A DNA stretch of 64,000 nucleotides. Source: Chiloscyllium plagiosum (lineage: Eukaryota). The notes beneath the pieces were generated by a model, which worked only from the letters and a program-made list of their open reading frames with translations, searched no databases and was not told the DNA's origin. Positions 12,005 to 26,136 of the stretch are shown in pieces. The stretch is taken from positions 44,616,143 through 44,680,142 of the forward strand of contig NC_057718.1 of assembly GCF_004010195.1 (NCBI RefSeq), in the 5' to 3' direction. The translations under genes were made by a program, and so were the position numbers. The first letter of the stretch is position 1. Each line of letters opens with the position of its first letter.

Positions 12005-12842
12005 AGACACTGGTAAGGCCTCACCTGGAGTATTACATGCAGTTCTCATCACCGTGTTATAGGAAGGATGTGGAAGCTTTGGAAAGGGTTCAGAGGAAAT
12101 TTACTAGGATGTTGCCTGGTATGGATGGAAGGTCTTATGAGAAAAGGCTGAGGGAACTGAGGCTGTTTTCATTGGAGAGAAGGTTGAGAGGTGACTTAAT
12201 TGAGATGTATAAGATGATCAAAGGGTTAGATAGGTTGGACAGTGAGAGCCTTTTTCCTCGAATGGTGAAGGCTAACACCAGGGGACATAGTTTTGGGGTA
12301 TGGATAGGATAAATAGACAAATTCTTTTCCCTGGGGTCAGGGAGTCTAGAATTAGAGGGGATAGGTTTAGGGTGAGAGGAGAAAGATATAAAAGAGACCC
12401 ACGGGGCAACGTTTTCACGCAGAGGGTGGTATGTGTATGGAATGAGCTGCCAGAGGATGTGGTGGAGGCTGGTACAGCCTGCCTGCAACAGACTTGTTGA
12501 TGTTAAGCCATTTAAATGGGCATTTACATATATATGGATAATAATGGAACGGTGTAGGTTAGATGTTGGACCGAAGGGTCTGTTTCCATGCTGTACATCT
12601 CTAGGACTCTATGACAGATATTAAGGGTAGTTTCTTCATTAAGAGAATAGTAGGTGCATGGAACAGCCTGCCTGCAACAGACTTGTCGATGTTAAGCCAT
12701 TTAAATGGGCATTTACATATATATGGATAATAATGGAACGATGTAGGTTAGATGGGCATCAGATTATTTTCACAGATCAGAGCAACATTGAGGGCCAAAG
12801 GACCCGTTCTGCACTGTAACATTCCATGCTTTATGTTCTATC
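10872..12842 (+). mobile_element. 5'-truncated CR1 LINE (partly duplicated) with a nested CR1 3' fragment at ~12296-12615
   Basis: [39 protein letters not shown]; two different 3' tails (ctctatgac; tatgttctat). Confidence 0.92.
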
Positions 12843-13679
12843 ACTTGTTAAATTCCTTATGAATGCCACAACTCACTTCATTAAAGTTCTGCTCCCTGTC
12901 TTACCAAGTGCGCCAAAGAGGTTGAACATCACAATTCTGGACATGGTAGTCAGAGCGGATACCTGGTGACCTAAGCTCACCACTTGCCCCCAATGACCTC
13001 CATACTGGACATTGGGCATCAGCACTTCAGGGGTACACTGCAATGGTCACGTGCACTCCATAATCTCTGGGTCTGCAGCAATAACCTAGTCACAGTGAAA
13101 AGAGATGAAATGATGTGATCTTGCATGAACTACATTTCTAACATCCTTGACACATTTGTGGGATGAAGATTGGAAGATTCCACACAGGCCTCCATTGGAT
13201 CTTCTACTGTACTGCCTCCATCTGGAGGCTCTAAGGCAGCTGCTGGTACATGCTGTACATGTCGCATTGCCATGGTAACATGTCTGCCCCATGACAGCTT
13301 AGTGCAAGCAACATAACGAGCTGGCTTTCTCTCTGTGCTAAAACGCAAGTCAGGCCAGGGTATTGCAAAACTCTAAATCCTGAAAGAAGCAGTAATGTAC
13401 TAAAAGCTTAGGCAGAGAAGCAGTGAACATCCAAGGAGCACTACGTGAATAAGGGCTAAGAAAGCAAGCCAAGGGTTCCGATAGGTATTCTGTTCAGATT
13501 GACAGAGTGGTCCCAGCTCAATGTTTTGATCTGTCCTTATGATTTGAGTGCCACGAGGTTTGAGACTTGGGGTTCTGTGCATTCATTCAAAGAGGTTGCT
13601 ATCTTAGGTTCTTGCTGTCTCTCCTGGTAATATGTGACTTTTTTTATGTACCTATGGATGACTGTGATCTGAAAGCAGG

Positions 13680-13824
13680 CTACACCACCAGTGCTTCATT
13701 CGGAGGCTCACTGAAGATGTTTCCTAGTATGGTGACGAAACATCTGAAAACAAACCTTCCAGCTCAGTGAGCAAACCTACGTCCTGAACCTCAACTTGAG
13801 CTACAAATCTTCTCAAAACTCGCT
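13680..13824 (+). mobile_element. Penelope-like element 3' end with hammerhead motif (13708-13747)
   Basis: tca CTGAAGA tgtttcctagtatggtgac GAAA CATC tga. Tail gagctacaaatcttctc is shared with the element at 59515-59843. Confidence 0.75.
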
Positions 13825-16289
13825 GACTGCTATCTGACTCAAATAGGTTTCAGCAGTATTCCTGGTTTTGTTTCGGATCTCCAACTACCGCAGTTATTTG
13901 ATTTATTTTAGTGCTAAACTTGGAGTTAGCTGTTTCCACTGCTGTGCTAGTCATCACTGGTTCTCAGCTCAGAGTTTCTACAACCACAGTTACTTACTCT
14001 GCTCTACATAATACTGATCTCTGTAGTACAGTCTATTCAATCTTATAGTAAAAGCAAAATATTGTGAATGCTGGGTATCTGAAATACAAAAATAACACAG
14101 AAATTATTGGAGAAAGTTGGGAGGTTTGGCAACATCTATGGAGAGAGAAACAGTTATTTCTTTCTTCACAATCACTTGGTACATGGCTGCTGAGATCGCT
14201 GTTACCTCATGTGATATTTCACTATCTTATTATCTTTATCTGTATTCAAACATGTATATCTCTACTACAGACTACTGGATGATAAGAGCGGAAACCTGGC
14301 TTTCTTCCTAATTGGAGTATTTTGAGACTATTTTCTATGATTAGCTGGCCCACATGCTCACAAAATAAATTTGTTCTGTCAGTGGGAGAGAGCTCATCTA
14401 ACAATTGAACATCTAAAAAGTAATGCCAAAACACAGCATTTAGTTTGAAGTTTTTTTCATGCTTGATTTTGCAGTATTATTTCAACCTAATTCATTCAGC
14501 AGGAAAATAATAGTGGTGAATTGGGTTGGCCATTGTAACTTTGTCCGATATTACTTACTAGTAATTCTCTCGAAGGGTAAATTAGGAATGGTGTAAAATA
14601 GATCCAAACTTGTCAGTTTCCCACTGGTTAGATTATCTTACAATTCTGCAATTATTTTAAAGAATTTGTTAGGAATAATCAGTTGGTATTGTTTTCATTT
14701 CAGAATTGCAAAAAACATTTTTTTAATTATACTAACAATTGATCTAGACTACAACTGTTAATTACCACCAAAAACTACATTTTACATGTTTGGCAAATGC
14801 ACAGACTTTGCATATTCATGATTAGGTTCAGAAATATTTTGCAGGACCTCAAAGAAAGTACATACCATTAGATTCAATGATATCTTTTGTTTCTATTTTG
14901 TAGGAATACATTTAATAAACAACTTACTGTAATTAGCAATAAAACAATAGTTTAATATTGTATTGTACATATTTGTATCTTGGATGTGCAAATTGGTTAA
15001 GAATTAGAAAGTTGTATTCCTTGTATCTTGTTGTGTTATGTTATTTGAAATGATGGAAATTTAAGTTATAATTATGAAACCGAACTCAAGTAATAGCTTG
15101 ATTTCAACTAGTTTTTGACAAGTGAGTTTTTAGTGTGAATGAGATCACCACTGATTCCAAAAATGTGGCTCAGGTATTTTGACTTCTGTGCATCATTTCT
15201 GTGTACCTCACCAGTTTGCAATGCAGGGAGCAAAATAAATTTACAATGTTTGGAGGTCACCTAATAAAACCAGATAGCTGACTTAATTCGCTTCTGAGGC
15301 CATCCTGAGTGGATGATTCGGAAAGGAGGGGATTGAATTTAAATGAGACCAAGGGAGGTATATGTTTTCATCTTCTTCTGGTATGACTAGGAAATTAGAG
15401 GGTTTAAAATTTTACATTGGTTTGGGTTATCCTGACTACAGCTCTTTTTCTTTCCAAGTGCACGTTTCCCTCTCAGTTCAATAAGTTAAAATTCCAAATG
15501 TCAGGACTTCACACGCATTTGGAAGTGTTAAGTGTAAAAAAACATCTCTCACATCTCCAGGATGGGTAAATGGCCTGAGCAACTTTAAATGCATGCCCAC
15601 AAGAGGCCAGAATTTGACCCGGGTTATGGGACGGTGGTAGGATGGAGTCAAGTCAACCAACCCTGGAAGCAGAGTCCGCAGGCATGGGGGTGGGCATGCT
15701 CTGAGGCTCACTGACTAAAAGACCTACCTCAGTTCTCTGAAACCTTGTCCCAATTAATTAGAAAGCTTTAGGTCCATGAATGATTACCTGCCACATCCTT
15801 TCAACCCCAGTCTCAACCCTGCTGTGTGGCCCCTTACACACATGTCAACCCATGTACCCTAATCATTTCCCATTGTTCTTCATATTGTTGATGCCAACTC
15901 AAAGCCATCTCATGGGTATCCCATGGGTATCCCATGTTGATTCATCCAGAATGTATCATGAGCCTATAATAACCATGGCAAGTGTGGAATGATTGAGAGG
16001 AAACACCCCTCCAGATTCTGCTTTTGAAACAAAGGCTGATGTTCCTACAACCTCATAAAAGTGTCAATCAGACAGACCAATAAAGAATCATTACTAGAGG
16101 CTTCAAGCATTTTATATCACTTGTTATTGATTAAATAGATGTTGTGGCATGAAAAACAGAGACTACAAAACTTATTGCAACCACTTAAAGTTGACAAAAT
16201 TGATGGACAAGATGTTTCCATTTTGAATGATTGTTAGTGAGCGATGTTCCTTCTCAGCTATGTGGCTGCATGGTTACATTCACATCAAT

Positions 16290-17430
16290 TGACATGCCAA
16301 TGCATTGACTTCTACAGGTAGAAATCACCGCCATGCATGGACCTTGAAGATCTGTGCAGCAGAAAAAACAATTTAGGGGAGATGTAGCCAGCAAGCTCCT
16401 CCCAATCATTTATATCAATGCTGCCATTTTCAATGTGAACTTTTGAGTGCCTTTGAAGCATTTTTCTTGTCCTATTTCTGGAACTGGGCCATTTGGTAGT
16501 TTATAAAATAAAAATTGGTAGAGGAGACTTTTTAGCTATCTGAGCACAGTGTCCAGCCCACTGATATTGATTTTGTAGAAGTTTTGCATCACTACTTGTG
16601 GAGTTGGTTTCACAAAAGATAATATTTTTTGACAATCCTCCCTTGAACCTGAGCGATGAATTAGATGCACTGCAGGTGTGATTCCCTTTAATGTTGCTGA
16701 TTTACAGGACTATGGTGATGTCAATGGCTCTGTAAACTAAAACTTATTTTGACTTGTGGAGGGCCTTCTTGTCAAATGCACACTATCTTAGGTTATAGAA
16801 AACCATATTAATTCAACTGAACCAGTGTTATCTGGGTCTCCTTGCCAATGATAACCTGTTGAGTGAGGTAGCTCCTTGGAACTGTTCAACATATAGCAGA
16901 GTCTCCCCTTCAGCATATGGAGGGGTAGCATACTTCTCTGAGCATGTACCGGGTTGATATGGGTTTTGTTTTGACTACATTCAAAGACAGATTAAATTTC
17001 TTCTATGTAAATTGCAAAAGTCATGAGTGGTTTACAGTACAATTTGGACAACAACATGGTAGTCATACAAAAACTATAGATGATGTATTTTGTTTGTTTA
17101 GTTTTGGCGTAGATGTAACTGAGGTGAAACAATTTTCTGTCGAGATATGTTAAATCGTGACATGAGAGGGCAGTTGGTCTTTTTGAAATGAGTAGCCACT
17201 GTGAGATAGATTGCAAATAATGTGGAAGCTGATCACGGCTCTATTTGACAACAGTCCAAATTTTAAAGACCTCTGTTTCAGATATTCCAGAGGTTCTAGC
17301 AACAATGAAAAAGTAAGGAAAAGTTGCAGTTATGAAGTAATTGCAAGATTGTGATGAAGTTTCTTGGATGTCTAAATCTTTGGAGTAAAACCCACAGAGT
17401 TCACAATTTACTAAGTGGCACAGAATCATC
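16290..17430 (-). mobile_element. Very old RTE-like LINE relic
   Basis: Decayed similarity in sequence style to the 1170-3650 element; no long ORF. Confidence 0.45.
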
Positions 17431-17449
17431 AAACCATATGATGATTAGA

Positions 17450-20400
17450 GCTATTAGATGATGAGGAGGCTATTTTGGCATTTGTGTCCACACCAGTATT
17501 CTGTAACAATGACTCAGTTAGTCCTATTCCTACCTTCTCCCCGTGGCTCCTCAATTTTCTTTTTATTCTGATAATTGTCCAATTCCCTTTTCAAAGCCGT
17601 GCTTGAATCTGTCTCCACAGTATCTTAAGGTGCACCCCCTGATGCTGCCTAGCTTGCTGAGTTCTTCCAGCCTCTGACCTATCTGTTTTGGATTCCAGCA
17701 TCTGCAGTTTTCTTTTATCTCTACAGTATCTTAGGCAGTACATTCCAAACCCTTACAACTCACTGTATAACAATATTTTTCCTCACGTTACTTTTAGTTC
17801 TTATGCCCTTCACCCTAGCATTCTATGGTTCCAGGCCATTTCGCCAACGTGAGAGGTTTTTCCTCTATTTAATCCACCAAGACTCATCATGATTTTGTAA
17901 ACCTCTACTAAATCTCCTCTCAACTGTGTTCTCCTAAAGAGGACAGTCCATATTCTCAACTATCTACATAACTGACATTCCTCATTGTTATGAATATTTT
18001 CTGCATCCTGATCAATGACTTCACATCCTTCTACAATGCAATGACCTGAACACAACACAATATTCCAAATAAGACCAAACCAATACCTTATAATGTTCCA
18101 CCATAACCTCCTCACTTTTGTACTGTATGTCTCTATTTATAAAGCTTACGATTTTTATGCTTTATTAACCACTTTCCTAACTTGCCCTGCCTCATTTATT
18201 GCTTAGTGCCCATTTGAGTTCCTCTGCCCACGTATCCCATTTAGAATTGCGCCGTTTATTTGTTTTGCTTTTTCTATTTTTTTTTCCAGCCAATGTATCA
18301 GTTCATATTTCTCAGCACTAAATTTCATCTACCACAGCTCTGCCCCCACCACTAGCCTGTATCTTTTTGTAATCTATCACTAGATAGACTCTTCACTCTT
18401 CACAATATTTCCTAATTTGCAGTCATCAACAAATTAAGAGTTTATGGCATGCACAATCAAGCCTAAGTCAATAATAAAGATCAAGGAAAGGAATGGTCCT
18501 ATCATTAAAGCCAGATGAATCCCAATATACACCTTCATCCAGTCTGGAAGAACAACTGTGCACCACTTTTCTCTGTTTCCTGTAACTCAGTCAACTTTGT
18601 ATCCATGCTGCAGCAATCCTTTTTTATTCCATGGATTTTGAATTTGCCAATAACCTGTTATGGGACAATTTACCAAACAGCCTTTAAAAGCCCAAGCACT
18701 CCATATCAATCACATAATTTTTATCAAGCTTCTCTGTTATTTTCTCAAAAGGTTGGTTAAACATGATTTGTAGGTTTCTGAGCAAGGGTGTAACATTTAC
18801 AATTCTTCACTTTTACAGCACCGCCCTGTATCAAGTAGGATTTGTAGATTGTCATTAGTACCTCTGCAATTTCTCTTTGCTTTCAGAAGACCATAAGATA
18901 TAGCTGCAAAATTAAGCTCATCCAAACTGCTCCACCATTTAATCATTACTGATGGTTTTGTCTACCCCATTTTCCTACCTTCTCCCTGTAATCCTCGATT
19001 CTTTTGCTAATCACAAGCCTATCTATTTCTGTCTTAAATAGACTCGATAACTTGGCATGAACAGCCTTCTGTGGCAATGAGTTCTACAAATTCACCATCC
19101 TCTGGCTGAAGAAATTCCTTCTCATCTTAGTTCTAAAGGGTTATCCCTTCACTCTGAGGTTGTGCCCTTGGGTCCTAGTCTGTCCTGGAAGAGAAAACAT
19201 CTTCTCCACATCCAGGTCTTTCAGTATTCTGGAATTTTCAATGAGATCCTCCATCATCCTTCAAAACTCCATCCAGCACAGACACAGAATCCTCAATTGC
19301 TCCTCATATGACAAGCTCTTTATCCTGGGATTATTCTTGTTAACCTTCTCTGGACCCCCTCCAAAGTCTTCACATCCTTCCTTAGATATGAAGGCTAAAG
19401 CTGCTTACAAAATTCAAAATGCTGTCTGAGCAGTACCTCATACAGCAGCAGCAGTATATCTCTATTCCTGTATTCTAACCCTGTCAAAATAGATGTTAAC
19501 GTTGCACTTGTCCTCCTAACTACGAACTGACCCTGCAAGTTAAGGTGAAAAGAATTCTGAACTAGGACTCCCAAGTCCCTATTTGCTTCAGACTTCTAAA
19601 GCCTTTCCATGTTTAGAACATTGTCGATGCTTCCAATGTTTGTACCATATCGCATAACCTCACTCTTTCCTATTTTGCATTCCATCTGCCACTTCTTTAC
19701 CCACTCTCCAGCCTGTCCAAGGTCTTCTGCAGCTTCCTGCTTCCTCATCACTACCTGTCCCCGTGACTATTCTTAATATCCTTCGATGCATCTCATTCAG
19801 ATTTGGTTATTTAACAACTTTAAGTATGGCAAGCTATTCTAATACATGCTCTTTCTCAATTTTTTGCCCTTCCACTACTTTTGTAGCATCTTCTTCCTTT
19901 CTAAAGACAGATGTAAAGCATTCATTTAGAACCTCAGGTATCTCACTTTGTAGATAAATCCCTTTTTTGGTCCTTAATTAGTTCCATTGCATCTTTTACT
20001 GTTTAAAAGCCAATGTAAGACAATTGGATTGTTTTTATGTTAGCCATCAGCCTCTTCACTTATTCTCTCTTTGTTTCTCTTCATTATTTAACTACTCCTT
20101 TGCAATCTCACTTTCATTATCAACCTGATATCTGTCAGATGCACTCTTTTTCTGCTTAATAACCTTATTCTCAGACTCTTTCTTCATCCGTAGAGCTCTA
20201 CCTTGATTTGTCCTGTATTTCCCCCTTGTGAAAATGTATATCAGCTGTATTTGAACCATCTCTTCTTTGAAGGTAGTTTTGTCTATAAATCTTTGGCCAA
20301 GATTTATTCTCACCTGACTGAAATCAGCAATTTGTATTGCTCCTTATCCTTCACCATAACTAATCAAAATCTTACAATCACTGTTCCCTAAATACTCCCT

Positions 20401-20640
20401 GACTGCCACATGATCCACTCCACTCACAGAACCTGACCCAACATTCTTTCCATCCACTTTGAACCAGAAAAATGTTAATCTCGACAAAAAGAATGTGCTG
20501 AAAACAATTCAAAAACATTGCCATTTCTCTCTCCATTGTACTATTACCTCTCGGGTCTTAGTAGACCATTAAAAGTCCACAATTATAATGATACAGCTTT
20601 ACATCTATTTCCTTGCAAATTTGTTCTTCCGTTTTTTTTG
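17450..20640 (-). mobile_element. Old CR1 LINE, interrupted by a younger CR1 3' fragment (~18890-19762)
   Basis: Minus-strand CR1 RT/3' UTR phrases (aatttcatctaccac, tccatctgccacttctt, ccataagatat tail). Confidence 0.75.
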
Positions 20641-21785
20641 CACTAGTTGATGGCCCATAGAATACACTCAATAGTGGTCTGATACCTTAAATAATTTTAA
20701 GAACATAGTAACTTTAATTAATTGATGACACTGGTCTACAACTTATTGCAATATTATTTTGTCAAGAGCAGGTCTTTCCTGACTAAGCTGTTGGAATTCT
20801 TTGAGGAAGTAACAAGCAGGTTAGACAAAGGAGAGCTAGTGGAAGTGATCCTTCTCGATTCCAAGAAGGCCTTTGACAATATTGCTGATTTCTGCATAAA
20901 TTAGGCATAAAAAGATTGGAACTCAACTAAATAAAATAGAATGTGCACTTAATGAAAGAGTAACATTTATAATTCTCAGGATGTTCATTTAATATTTTAT
21001 TTCATGTTTATATTTAGTTAGATTTTCAAATGGAAGCCTGCAGGAGAAAGGAGCTGCCCAGAGTTGATTGGGAGGGCAACCTAGCAGAAAGGCGGCAGGA
21101 GTTTCTGGGGGCAACTGGGTAGACATGGCAGCAATTCATCCCAAGGAAGAAGAAACTTTGTCTAACCTGCTTTGAGGAGGTAACAAGCAGGTTAGACAAA
21201 GAAAAGCCAGTGGATGTGATCCATTTGGACTTCCAGAAGGCCTTTGACATGATGCTGCACAGGTGGCTGCAAAATAAAATAAGAGCACATCATGTTAGGG
21301 GCAAGGTACTGGCATGGATTGAGGTTTGGCTGGCTGGCAGAAGGCTGAGAGTGGAGATAAATGGATTGCAGCCAGTGACTAGTGGAATATCGCTGGGATC
21401 AGCGTTGGAACTGCAACTATTCATGTTGCACATGAACGATCCGAAGAAAGGAACTGAGGGCATTGTTGTTAAGTTTATAAATAACACAAAGGTAGGTGGA
21501 GTGGCAGGTAGTTTTTCACTAATGGTGGCCCACAGAATACACAGTAGTGGCTTGATTCCCCAAACAATTTTAAGAACTTAGTAACTTCAATTTACTGATG
21601 GCACTGATCTACAATTTATTGCAATATTACTGAGTTTTGTGAAAGTTAAAGTAAAAAGATTGGAATTCGACTAAAGAAAACAGAATGTGCACTTTATGAA
21701 AGAATAGAATTTGTAATTCTCAGAATATTTATTTGATATTTTATTTCATGCTTATATTTAGTTAGATTTTCAAATGGAAGCCTGT
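20635..21785 (+). repeat. Diverged ~275-bp direct repeats (20635-21040 with a 121-bp insert; 21510-21784) flanking a CR1 RT fragment
   Basis: Both end in tatatttagttagattttcaaatggaagcctg. The enclosed 21041-21510 encodes DVIHLDFQKAFD...VTSGI. Confidence 0.88.
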
Positions 21786-23739
21786 TTTGTATTCTATTAT
21801 TCTACTCCATACCTTTATAATTACAGCACAAATCACGTAAGGTCATTTTTTCTAGCATTACGTACAAACTTATTTATGATCACTCTATTATGATATAACA
21901 TGGTTGAAGTTTATTTCACAAAATTATATTTCAGTCTAAGACAAGAAGTGTTGACCAACAATGCACTCCTTAACCGGCAACATAGTGCCTAAATGCCTTT
22001 AAGTACATGGTGAAAGTCCTTGAGTGCAAACTCATTCAAAACCATTCATTGTCTGTCATACAAACTTCCTCGAACCTCCTGAATGTAATTTGTTAGCTTT
22101 TGCTCAGTTTGCTTGGACAGAGGATCATTAATCATTTTTACAAGAATGTTCTAATTGCAATATTGAAGCATTTTCAAATACACCTTGAAATTTGTAACAA
22201 TTTGTACCGACTTCCAATGTTAGTTGGTGATTGTGCTTCTCACTGATGGAACCATGAATGCCAAGTTCTTCTCTGTCTTCGAACCAGGATGTGAAAGTTC
22301 TGCTTACAGCTGGTAGCCAAGCAATTATCCAAGCAAGGGCTGAACTAAATAATAATTTGTTCGGCTGATGAATTCACCTTTTAGTGTGCCTAATATCTCT
22401 TGATCACTCTCTTAATATCAGCTTCTTTAACTCTACGTTTTTTTAAAAACTGTGCCTCTGTGAAGCACCTTCTTCTTTAAAACTGCTACATAAATGCAAG
22501 TTGCTGTTGTCCTGTAGGAATTATGAATATGTACAACAATAATGATAGCTGCATTTTCAACTTTACAAAGATAGTACAGCTAATCCCAAACATCAGAGCA
22601 ATATGATTTATTTACCCAGCTCTGTCACGGTGTAACTAATCCCATAAGTAAAGCTGTATTACCTATTGCATTAGTTTCAAAGTTGTGTTTAAGGCAAAGG
22701 TGAAGCAATTAATCATGATATATGGTTTTATGTTGGTTTTCATTTTTTGGTAGCTAAGTTTGAGAACCAGAAGACTGGAAAATTATTTCATTACATTATA
22801 CACATTACCCCCAGTATCTCTCTTGTTTGATTATAGGGTGTGTAGTAGGGTTTAGCATTGCAAGACAATAAAATTTCCTTTTTTGAATCTCAATTTCCAT
22901 TATGAAATATTGACTAGAATTGTTCAATTACATCAGAATACAATGTTCCAACTTCCTACAACTACAAAAGTTCAGATAATGCATTAAAAGAATGTTAATC
23001 AAAATACAAAAGTATGTAAAATTTCTAATCAAACTCTGTTACATTATGGAATCTAATATTTTCTTTAATTTGTTAATTATGAAGAACATTTCTCATGGCA
23101 TGCATTGCAGATGTTTTTCCCCAAATCAACTTGTTCAGAAAGCTATAACACACAGCTGGAGGAGATGTGAGTTGAATCCAGGCCTCCTGGCTTAAAGATA
23201 TGGACACTACCACAAGTGTCCTTAACATATACATTGAAAAGCCAGTAAAAGAGTTCATATAATAAATAATGAACAGTTGTAATCAATTTCCATTAAACTT
23301 CCTTCAGTTGTGAACTGATGAATTATGGTTGTATTTACATTTGTTACTTTGTTCAGATTCACACCAGCAACAGAGAATTAAACAGACCCAACCTTCCTCA
23401 TCTGGTACATAGACATGCTGTCGTGTAAACTCACAACATTTAGAAATTAAACTCAGCTTTATAAAACTTATTTTATTTGTGATCTCTAAAGCCATCAAGG
23501 AGATGAAGAAGATTTCTATCCACTTCCTTGTAGATTGATGCAGTTGGAATTGTACTGTATTGTGGTTCAGAGTCTGAATATTAAGGGTTTAGACTGGTCA
23601 CACAAAAAGGAGTCACAAGCTGGTTGATTGAATTAATCCTGATCCAAACGGACAAATAATAATGTAGATAGCAGAAAGAAAATAGGACTAGATCCTGTTT
23701 GCAAAACAGAGACAACATGCAAGCTTTTGTAGCTTGAAA

Positions 23740-24090
23740 CTGTAGTGTGGCTCAGTTTGTAATTTGCTGATATCTGAGTAAGGGGATTGCAGATTCATGT
23801 ACAACTCCAAAGACTTGATTTAGTACATGTGTCTTTCACGTGAGGCCCAGTTTATAGTCTTATGATGTAAAAGATCCCTTAGCACTGTCTTGCAAGAGAG
23901 AAGAGGAATCACTTGGCTAATATTTATCCATTAATCAACATCATTAAATCAGACCATCTAGCCATTAGTAGTTGTTTGGGACAAACCTACTATGTAAAAT
24001 TTGGCTGCTGTACCATGACAACAATGACTTCACAAAGTGCCAAATTGACTATAAAGTGCTTCAGGATGTCCTGAGAATGTGAATTGCCAA
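23740..24090 (+). mobile_element. Old tRNA-derived Deu-type SINE relic (SacSINE1-like)
   Basis: gtgtggctcagtt head; Deu-domain-like ggctaatatttatccattaatcaacatcattaaa. Confidence 0.5.
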
Positions 24091-24539
24091 TCTTTCTCTC
24101 ATTATTTGCATGCATGACTCTTTCCTTTTGTGAAGCATAATCAATTTATTTTGGTGCTAGATTAGGCCCTATCTTCAGACTTAAGTTGCCATTTACACTA
24201 TAACTTCAACATTGATAGAAAGTGAAAATCACACTTCACACTGACACATTTGCTTATAGTGTGAATGAACCCATAGAAGTGCCTATGAATTGAGATTATA
24301 TATTCTATAACAAAAAGCATCATCCTCTGGACTATAAAAAAGCCAAATGCTTGTTCTTCATGAGCTAATCAACGAACAAATGTTTTGGTCCCTGTTCCAA
24401 ACTCCATTACCCAGCTATTAACTCCATGCCTTTCTCAGTTAACAGTCTGAGACTAAGCCAGTGTGTTTGCAAACTTTATTGTCACATTTAATCCAGCAAT
24501 GATCTTTGTACCTTATGCTTGTGCCAACACTAAGATTTC

Positions 24540-25120
24540 TACTACTGTAACGTTGTTCAGCTTCACCCTTTCTTATCTTGTCTGCTACTTTGGTTACCAT
24601 TAGACATGATTAGTCCAACTCAGTCCTAAGTGGTTTCACACATTCTGTGTAAACTTGAGGTTATCCAAAATTCAGTTGTCTGTTTCTTTACTCACAGCAG
24701 GTCCCATTCACCAACATCTCTTCACTCACTGACCAACATCAGCTTCCATCAAGCAATGTTTGGATTTTGAAATTCTCATCTTTGTTTTCAATGTCTCCAT
24801 GGCCTCACCTTTCTCTATCTCTGTAATCACTTCTGGTCCACCTGAGATATCTGTGCTTCTCTAACTCTGGCTTTTTGTGCATTCCCATTTGTAATTGCTT
24901 CATTATCGGTGACCATACTGTCATTGTCTGGACCCAAGCTCCTCTCTGATGTTTTACCTTGCCATTGTCCTCTAAGACTTTTCCAAAAACCTATGTAATC
25001 ATGAAAGCTTTTGGTCATCTAATATCTCTTTATGTGGCTCAGTACAACATCATGTTTTATAACCCAGAGAAGCACCTTGGATCATTGTGTTACATTAAAG
25101 GTGCTTAATAAATAAGATTT
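24540..25120 (+). mobile_element. L2 LINE 3' fragment
   Basis: Decayed codons for IQNSxx...PI...LH...FEILIFVF...LHGL, typical of the L2 ORF2 C-terminus; aataaataa tail. Confidence 0.65.
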
Positions 25121-25749
25121 GTACTTTTGTTATTTAGTCATGTAGTAAGTGAATTGAAATACTAAACTAATGGCTACATTGTCAACTGAAATGTCCAAAA
25201 ATTGGATTGTTTTGTTTCGGTTAATTAAGAGTATTGAGGTATATAGAGGATGGTGTTGTAAGGTGTAGTTTAAACATAATCCAATAGGACGTCTGAACTG
25301 ATTTGATCAGCTCAATAATCCTGTTCCTTCTTCCCTAAAAAAGGAATTCTGCTACTGTACTTTGCAATATAACATTTGTGAAATTTGATAATTAAACTGA
25401 AGCAGAATTCTAGACCTTAACACGCAAAGGGGGGAATAGGCGAATGCAGCGGAATTTAGGACAGAACACTGAGAAATGCAGCTTTCCAGGACGTGCTCTT
25501 GAAATTAACAACAGGATCTATGTTAAAAAAAAAGTGATGGTGTTGTTATGGCTGGAGGCAGAGAAACTATAGCCAGGGAAGAGTTTAATCTGAATTGGGG
25601 AAGAATCAAGGTTGAGTGAGGAGAAAGACTCGATCACCAATAGAGATTGTTGGGGAGGGAAGTTAAGAGAGATAACACTGTAGTTGGGTGCGCTGGACCT
25701 CCTTGAGGTCAAGCAATTAGTGAGGTGATGATCTGGGTCAGATTCGAGA

Positions 25750-26136
25750 TTGCTGGAGGAGTGTCACAGATGGTTTCAGGGGAAATTGGGAATGATGGTG
25801 TTGGAGATTGTGGGGTTGGAGGAAAGTTGACTGACTGCATCAAGACAGAAGCAAGCTAACTTGTTGAGCCAGGATGTAGCAGAGATGGCCTTACCATCCT
25901 CAAGCAGTGCTGCAAATTTAAGACAATCTATAGATTTGACCCTTGCTGGAGGAGTGTCACAGATGGTTTCGGGGAAATTGGGAATGATGGTGTTGGAGAT
26001 TGTGGGGTTGGAGGAAAGTTGACTGACCGCTACAAGACAGAAGCAAGCTAACTTGTTGAGCCAGGATGTAGCAGAGATGGCCTTACCATCCTCAAGCAGT
26101 GCTGCAAATTTAAGACAATCTATAGATTTGACCCTT
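25750..26136 (+). repeat. Tandem duplication, period 193 bp
   Basis: ttgctggaggagtgtcacagatgg starts at 25750 and 25943; few differences. Confidence 0.95.
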
